NCBI GenBank assembly: GCA_963715865.1
Contig: OY970280.1
Location: 480,001-544,000, forward strand
Length of the DNA: 64,000 nucleotides
Origin: Candidatus Bathyarchaeota archaeon
GTDB lineage: Archaea; Thermoproteota; Bathyarchaeia; Bathyarchaeales; Bathycorpusculaceae
Direction of reading: 5' to 3'
Below the pieces are notes generated by a model. It worked only from the letters and a program-made list of their open reading frames with translations, searched no databases and had not been told where the DNA came from. A program made the translations under genes and the position numbers. This document shows, piece after piece, positions 58,466 to 64,000 of the stretch; position 1 is the first letter of the stretch; each line of letters starts with the position of its first letter.

Positions 58466-59353
58466 TTACACCTCAAGTTTGCATCTTTTTTCAAAAATGT
58501 CCTTCCACGGATTGCTTTTCCGTTTAACTACATTAAAGATAGTGAAATCCGAGGGGTTTATGCCTTTCTTTACTTCAGCCCACTCTAACGGCGTAGAAAC
58601 CGTCGCATCAGGCGTAGACCTTAAACTGTAAGGAACAACCATTGTCCGTAAAGGCGAATTCTGAAGGTAATCAGCGAAAACTTTGCCGGGCTTTTTTGTA
58701 TCCTTAAACTCTGAAACTACCATGTCACTTTCTTTAGCTAAGTTTATTCCGATTTTATGCACAAAAGCCCTTGTTTTCTCAAACGTATGTTCCGGAACAA
58801 TTGGAATTATGACGTGGAGGCCTTTTTTGCCTGAAGTTTTAACGAAAGGCGTAAGCCCTAAATCGTAAAGTTTGTCTTTAAGCAAAAGCGCAACCTCTGC
58901 GGCATCGCTTAACGTGGCTGGCGGTTCAGGGTCAATATCAAAAAATAGAAAATCAGGCTTGTCTAGAGTGTTAACTTTTGAGAATGGCATGTGGATTTCT
59001 ATGGCTGCCAAGTTTGCAAGCCAAATGAGCGTGTCCAAGTCATTGCAAATGACATAATCGATGTCTCGCTTGGTTGTTTCAGAATAAATCGTTTTTGTCT
59101 TAACCCATGGAGGTGTGCCTTCGGGGGCGTTCTTTTCAAAAAAACTTACTTTTTCTTTGTCCACACCATCAGGGTATCTGGTTAAAACTAACGGTCTGTC
59201 TGCTATAATCGGGAGCATTTTGGGAGCCATTTTAATGTAGTATTCGACAACTTGCCCTTTAGTAACGTTAATTTTAGGGTAAAAAATCTTGCCTAAGTTT
59301 TTTAGTTCAACTTTGGTTAATTCTTTAAGCTCTTCCACCATAATTTGCACCAA
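58466..59353 (-). CDS. stand-alone LigD polymerase/primase domain
   Basis: RYPDG, FFEKN, FDIDP, KTSGKKGLHV, DYLQN, PYSLR. Confidence 0.93.
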   Translation of the reverse strand: MVQIMVEELKELTKVELKNLGKIFYPKINVTKGQVVEYYIKMAPKMLPIIADRPLVLTRYPDGVDKEKVSFFEKNAPEGTPPWVKTKTIYSETTKRDIDYVICNDLDTLIWLANLAAIEIHMPFSKVNTLDKPDFLFFDIDPEPPATLSDAAEVALLLKDKLYDLGLTPFVKTSGKKGLHVIIPIVPEHTFEKTRAFVHKIGINLAKESDMVVSEFKDTKKPGKVFADYLQNSPLRTMVVPYSLRSTPDATVSTPLEWAEVKKGINPSDFTIFNVVKRKSNPWKDIFEKRCKLEV

Positions 59354-59621
59354 AAATTGTTCAAGTTCAAACTTAACTCACTTAAATGTAATGTTTGTGA
59401 AGTCTAGCATTTTTCTTTTTTGGAAAAAAGACACAACCATGTAAACTAAACGTCTATATTTGCATGGCAAAAATACGATTTTTGGCAGCTACACCTATAT
59501 AGTCAACGTAGCATTAATAAATTGTCGAATTAATCTAGAGAAAGTAAATTTTGAAAGAACCATCACAGTTTGCTTTTTTCAAGATAATTCGCTAGGTAAA
59601 GAAGGAGAAAAAAAGAGTAGC

Positions 59622-60254
59622 ATGAGAACAAAAAAGCCCACACTAGAAGACCAACTTGCTTTTCTTTCGGCAAAACATAGCGTTTACCCTGCAGAACTCT
59701 TTCAGGCTTTGATCCAAGCAAAAGAACAGGGCAAATCAGTATGCGAAGATTTAACGGTTGAATACCGAGGAAACGTAAATGACCAGGCGATCTTTCTGAT
59801 TAAAAAAGACGATAAGGTAGTGGCACAGTTCCGGGTTCCCGAAGAAACGCTCTTAAAAAGGGACGTTTCATTCGACAATTGGATGGATACCACCAAAGTC
59901 CGCAAAGAGATAGCCAAGCAAAACCCCTCACCTGCACACATCAAGATAGAGGATTTACGTGTAGGCATGAAAAAAGTGAATGTGATTGCGGAGGTGTTGG
60001 AAACTTCTGAGCCATCCAAAGTTCACACTCAATTTAGAGATAACGCTCTTGTTTCTAACGCATGGATAGGGGATAAAACGGGAAAAATTATGCTTTGCCT
60101 CTGGGACCAACAAGTAAACGCTGTCTCTGTAGGGGACTGCATAGAAGTGAAAAATGCTCATGTAGCTACGTTTAAAGGAGAAAAACAGCTGCGCCTTGGA
60201 AAAAACGGAACAACCAAAATACTGGAAAAGTCCCTTCCAAGCGAAACAGCATAA
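59622..60254 (+). CDS. OB-fold single-stranded DNA-binding protein with N-terminal extension
   Basis: IEDLRVGMKKVNV...GDKTGKIMLCLWD...NAHVATFKGEKQLRLG; start at MRTKKP. Confidence 0.8.
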   Translation: MRTKKPTLEDQLAFLSAKHSVYPAELFQALIQAKEQGKSVCEDLTVEYRGNVNDQAIFLIKKDDKVVAQFRVPEETLLKRDVSFDNWMDTTKVRKEIAKQNPSPAHIKIEDLRVGMKKVNVIAEVLETSEPSKVHTQFRDNALVSNAWIGDKTGKIMLCLWDQQVNAVSVGDCIEVKNAHVATFKGEKQLRLGKNGTTKILEKSLPSETA

Positions 60255-60298
60255 AAATTAAAAAAAAATAAAAACGTTTGATGATATTTTATCTTTTG

Positions 60299-60745
60299 TT
60301 AAACGTATTTCTTGTCGTTGTAGCAGTACCATCTTTTGTATTGCGGAATCCATGTGAGAGGTTGATTGCATGTTGGGCAAAGTGGCTGAGTGGATTGTTG
60401 CTTGGGCTCTGTTTGATAAGTTTGTTGCGTTTGTTGTTGGGGTTGCGCTTGATAGGCGCTTTGTGGAACTGGCTTTAGGATTATGAAGTCTGATGCTGCT
60501 TGAACGTCTTCCCATCCGATGTTTTGGATTTCCCCATCCTCATTCTCCACTGACAGTGAAATGCCAATCTTTCCAACGGCGAAAGCGACATCTTTTACCT
60601 TTCCAATTAATCGTCCTTTTGCGTCTATGACTTGCATTGAGACTAGTGCATCTCTGGTTAGAGGTTTATCGGTTTTTTCCATCTTAATACAACTCTGATT
60701 CTGAATAGGGGCAACTTGTTTAAAGAATTTTCGTTTCTTACTCAA
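60299..60745 (-). CDS. PRC-barrel protein with Gln-rich linker and C-terminal zinc-ribbon-like motif
   Basis: MQVIDAKGRLIGKVKDV; CPTC...WYCYND. Confidence 0.75.
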   Translation of the reverse strand: MSKKRKFFKQVAPIQNQSCIKMEKTDKPLTRDALVSMQVIDAKGRLIGKVKDVAFAVGKIGISLSVENEDGEIQNIGWEDVQAASDFIILKPVPQSAYQAQPQQQTQQTYQTEPKQQSTQPLCPTCNQPLTWIPQYKRWYCYNDKKYV

Positions 60746-60760
60746 AGCAGTTTATCAACC

Positions 60761-61285
60761 CTATTGCAGTGGGATTTCCCAGTAACTGATAATGTCGCCT
60801 TTCACCCATTTGCCGCCTAAACTTCGGACAACCTCATTGATATCTTCCCATTCAGCCTTCAAAAATTGAATTGGCTTTACCACAACGTAATCTCCCTTAA
60901 CTGTGAAACTGAGCAGTTTGCGCTGTTCCGGACTGAATTCATTTTCCATTTTGATTGCGGTTTTGCTTGGTTGAGTTGGCTTTGCACTTGTAGGTTTAGG
61001 TTCGGGCTTGGATTCTGGTTTAACGGTTGCAGTTGGCTTAGGTGCTGTTATAGACCCTGCAGTTTTTGTTAGGTTAAATTCTGGGATTGGATAGGATTCG
61101 GCAATGTCCTCGAAACTGTCGCTTCTAACTATTGCGAGCACTTGCTTGGAAAACAAGTCAAGCTTTAAGTCTAATAGTTCAATGTCGCTGGGCAGGTTGG
61201 AAGTGAAAGAGGATGCTTTACCTTGCAATAATTCAACGAGAAATTCAGGCGTTAGTTTTATTATTCTTATTTTCATATTTGGCAC
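60761..61285 (-). CDS. hypothetical protein
   Basis: Two-domain appearance with Pro/Lys/Thr linker. Confidence 0.6.
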   Translation of the reverse strand: MPNMKIRIIKLTPEFLVELLQGKASSFTSNLPSDIELLDLKLDLFSKQVLAIVRSDSFEDIAESYPIPEFNLTKTAGSITAPKPTATVKPESKPEPKPTSAKPTQPSKTAIKMENEFSPEQRKLLSFTVKGDYVVVKPIQFLKAEWEDINEVVRSLGGKWVKGDIISYWEIPLQ

Positions 61286-61416
61286 ACAGAACTGCCTTTA
61301 GGTGACAGATAACTTAAAAGCATTGCCTATCACTCAGGCGCAAACCTTTTTGCTATTGTTACAGTAGAGTTCAAGTTAACCGATTAATTTTGGTAAAAGA
61401 GAGGGTTAAAGAAGGT

Positions 61417-62043
61417 TTATGCTTTCTTTACTTGGGAGTTGGCTCTGAGGCTTCTCCATTCCGCAAAGTTGCCAGAGTACACTCCCCAGCTCTTCAGCCT
61501 CGGTGTCACCGTCCTAAGCAAAGCCGGGCATACGGCAAATTGGATAACCAAGTTCAGACCATATGTTGCAAGAAGAACAATCCCGAAAGAGAACCCGCCG
61601 AGAATATTTGTTGTGAGAACTCCAAGGCTAAAGAGGTATGTATATTGCCACAAGATATAGGCAGTTCCTACGAAAAGAGTGACAGCATAGACAATCATAA
61701 GCAGAACAAGATTTCTTTTTGCCCTACCTTCTGCAGCGTTCCGAGGTATGAGCAGCCAATTTAAGGTGAAGATAATTAACGCGGTAACAGATTCCACCCA
61801 TGCAGCATAAGGAGGCACCTGCTCGACGTAAACTCCTCCAATAAAAGCGCCAATCATAGAGCCTACAAGTCCGCTCCATCCGAACCATAGAGGAAGGGTG
61901 CCTAGCAGAATAACTGGAAGGTAAAGGAGCGTAAATCCTGGTAACATACTTGCTGATGAACCATAGAATAATATGGCATAAAGTGCTGCTACCATCGCCA
62001 TTATTGAGACTTGCTTAGCTTTACTTTGTTTTGGCATTGTCAT
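61417..62043 (-). CDS. membrane protein, ECF S-component/QueT-like
   Basis: AALYAIL start, about six helices, GSMIGAFIG. Confidence 0.55.
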   Translation of the reverse strand: MTMPKQSKAKQVSIMAMVAALYAILFYGSSASMLPGFTLLYLPVILLGTLPLWFGWSGLVGSMIGAFIGGVYVEQVPPYAAWVESVTALIIFTLNWLLIPRNAAEGRAKRNLVLLMIVYAVTLFVGTAYILWQYTYLFSLGVLTTNILGGFSFGIVLLATYGLNLVIQFAVCPALLRTVTPRLKSWGVYSGNFAEWRSLRANSQVKKA

Positions 62044-62253
62044 TTATCATTCAATCCTTATTTTTGAGCATTTAACGGCTTCAAGCCAGAAATCCAATAA
62101 AAGCATTGTCCCTTGTATTACAATAGTAATACAACGACCTAAAACCAGCCCATTAGGGCATAACGAGCAAAAGTGTGACGCGACAATACAGCTAAAGTTT
62201 AAAAGTTCCACCAAAATGAGTATTAAAATAAAACTTGCCAATCGCGGATAAAG

Positions 62254-63180
62254 ATGACTGCCAAACCACCATTAACCAAAATCATTTTCATTATAGGAAT
62301 CGCCGTGATTATCGCGTTGAATTTGTACACTTTCATAATAGCTTATCCAGAGACTTACGCGATCGACGGGGGCATTACTTCAGGCACCATACTGGCAAAA
62401 GATTTCTCAGCCTATTACATTGGCGCTTGGAGACTCTGGAATAATCCATTGCACATTTACACTTTCGGAGCATTAGCCGGCGGAGAACCAGTCATCCTTC
62501 CTCATCCTGAAGCCTACAAGTACCTGCCGTCTTTCCTGCTAATTATCTCGCCTTTACTTTCGTTGAATTATCAGCAGGCACTGTTAGCCTTCGACATAGT
62601 CCAGTTTATGCTTCTTCCCGCAATGGCGTATCTGCTCTACAGGCTCTTAGATAACAAGCATCTTGCAGTAACCTTCGTGGTTATGACTATCGCTTTGCTA
62701 CTGCCTTTCCCCACCTTGCAGTGGGGCTTCTCGCCAAGCTACTATTGGCAGTGGGGCGAAGGACAAGCCAAAGTGTTCGTCACCTTTCTGCTTCTCCTCA
62801 GCTTCTACTTCGGCAAGCGAGGCAGACTAATCCCGTCTGGAATTGCCTTGGCATTTGGGTTTTTTGACCCAAGGTTCGGACTGTTGGCGCTGCCTCTCTT
62901 CATAATGTACAACCGCAAAAACCTCAAAGCTGCAACGGCAAGTGCAATCAGTGCGTTGGTCTTTTCAAATCTGATGCTTCTTTATCCGGGCATGGGCTCT
63001 GGGTTCATAGGCATGGTTTTTGCCTCTGGTGTCACCACGCCTCTTTACTATTATTCTCTCATACCCTTCTTCACTTTACTGTCTCTTATCGTTGTTAACT
63101 TCAAAGAATTGGTTGCCGCATTCGATTACAAAGAAATCTTTGCCAGCTTCACAGGTGCATCAAAACGGCAAGAAAAGTAA
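62254..63180 (+). CDS. GT87-like (GT-C) membrane glycosyltransferase
   Basis: DFSAYY, YKYLPSF, multiple helices. Confidence 0.7.
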   Translation: MTAKPPLTKIIFIIGIAVIIALNLYTFIIAYPETYAIDGGITSGTILAKDFSAYYIGAWRLWNNPLHIYTFGALAGGEPVILPHPEAYKYLPSFLLIISPLLSLNYQQALLAFDIVQFMLLPAMAYLLYRLLDNKHLAVTFVVMTIALLLPFPTLQWGFSPSYYWQWGEGQAKVFVTFLLLLSFYFGKRGRLIPSGIALAFGFFDPRFGLLALPLFIMYNRKNLKAATASAISALVFSNLMLLYPGMGSGFIGMVFASGVTTPLYYYSLIPFFTLLSLIVVNFKELVAAFDYKEIFASFTGASKRQEK

Positions 63181-63252
63181 CCCAATGTTTTCCTAAGCAT
63201 TTCTTTTTAGCAGTATGCTAAAATACACTATATTGGCTACTACCGCGCTTTT

Positions 63253-63615
63253 TCATGTTTTGTTGACCTGTTCAAGCATCAATTGTTTCCTGACCTGGCG
63301 CTTGGACAAGACTAAGACTATGATGATTATTGCAGCCCCAGAAATGATGGCACAATAGGCAAGCCAGTAGTTTGAACCAATTCGATCCAGAATATCCACT
63401 GTGGCTTCGTTGAACCCCAAGATTATGGTAACGATCCCTAAAGCTAATCCGAGAATTTCTAGTGCCAGAGATACTCTTCGTCCAAACCTCATAGTCCCAG
63501 TGTTCTCCTTTGATTGGCCATTTTCAATGTGATCTAAGTCGAGATTCTTAAAATATAAGTATTTTTTTCTATTTCGGAGGTTATTGCAGTCTGTTAGCGC
63601 GATAGCTTGTTGCAA
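63253..63615 (-). CDS. small membrane protein
   Basis: Two hydrophobic helices; true start probably MRFGRR. Confidence 0.5.
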   Translation of the reverse strand: MQQAIALTDCNNLRNRKKYLYFKNLDLDHIENGQSKENTGTMRFGRRVSLALEILGLALGIVTIILGFNEATVDILDRIGSNYWLAYCAIISGAAIIIIVLVLSKRQVRKQLMLEQVNKT

Positions 63616-63818
63616 AATTGTTTTAAGTGGTATTTTTTTCGCCTTTTAGGATTTGTGGGAGTTTTGAGCAGCCAAGACGGTGGTTCTTCAACTGGGAAAA
63701 CGTTCCGTCTCAATATAGAATACAAACTCAAATGTTAAATCCACGGAATGCAATACCTATAGATGGGCTTTTATGGATGGGCTTGGCTGGCATCTAGAAG
63801 AATAAGCATGGTGAGGAA

Positions 63819-64000
63819 ATGGAGACACCCGCAAGTACTAAGGAGAAAAGTCAAGAATCCCTCTCTGGCAAGACAAAGGCAATTACCATTGGATTAGTTC
63901 TAGCTATCATTGGCTCCATAATATCTAGTTCTTACGCGAAAGACACAATAACAAATTACACAGGCTTCTTCATGCTACTTGCAGGAATAGCCACCTTCGT
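63819..64000 (+). CDS. membrane protein (5' part, runs off window)
   Basis: Manual translation METPASTKEK...ITIGLVLAIIGSII...FFMLLAGIATF. Confidence 0.55.
   Translation, partial: METPASTKEKSQESLSGKTKAITIGLVLAIIGSIISSSYAKDTITNYTGFFMLLAGIATF

Noticed and set aside
59460-59621. Upstream extension of the OB-fold ORF
   Set aside because: Lies in the divergent promoter spacer; a purine-rich RBS precedes ATG 59622.
1-64000. tRNA, rRNA or integrase genes
   Set aside because: No cloverleaf, rRNA-like tract or recombinase motif recognised by eye; a tRNAscan/HMM search would be decisive.

Overview
Archaeal chromosome segment; gene content and style suggest Ca. Bathyarchaeia (inference). 1-6.6 kb: the conserved rnp4-yhbY-rps19e-PDCD5-rpl39e-rpl31e-eif6-rpl18a-pfdA-ftsY cluster, interrupted by a VapBC pair. 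6.6-52.8 kb: a large surface-glycan region with rfbABCD, a flippase, ugd, galU, a UDP-glucuronate decarboxylase (uxs), many GT2/GT4/GT-C enzymes, O-methyl- and acetyltransferases and a B12 radical SAM protein. Directly behind uxs lies an array of units, each closed by a decayed, diverged copy of the uxs 3' end (cores at 19800, 20715, 21752, 22866, 28670). Three units of about 1 kb carry one VapBC module each; a 5.8 kb unit carries a provirus packaging/DNA-modification remnant (ParB, ABC-GNAT, TerS, TerL) and a RelBE pair that is itself bracketed by a duplicated gene 3' end. A 542 bp inverted copy of one unit lies about 10 kb away. 55.5-59.4 kb: a tightly coupled NHEJ operon (Pol, Ku, ligase-phosphoesterase fusion, DUF72). 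Intergenic DNA holds many short fragments of unrelated genes. No integrase, CRISPR array, tRNA or rRNA was found. Several genes are split by single-base indels, which may be real decay or assembly error. All family assignments come from motif recognition, not database searches.
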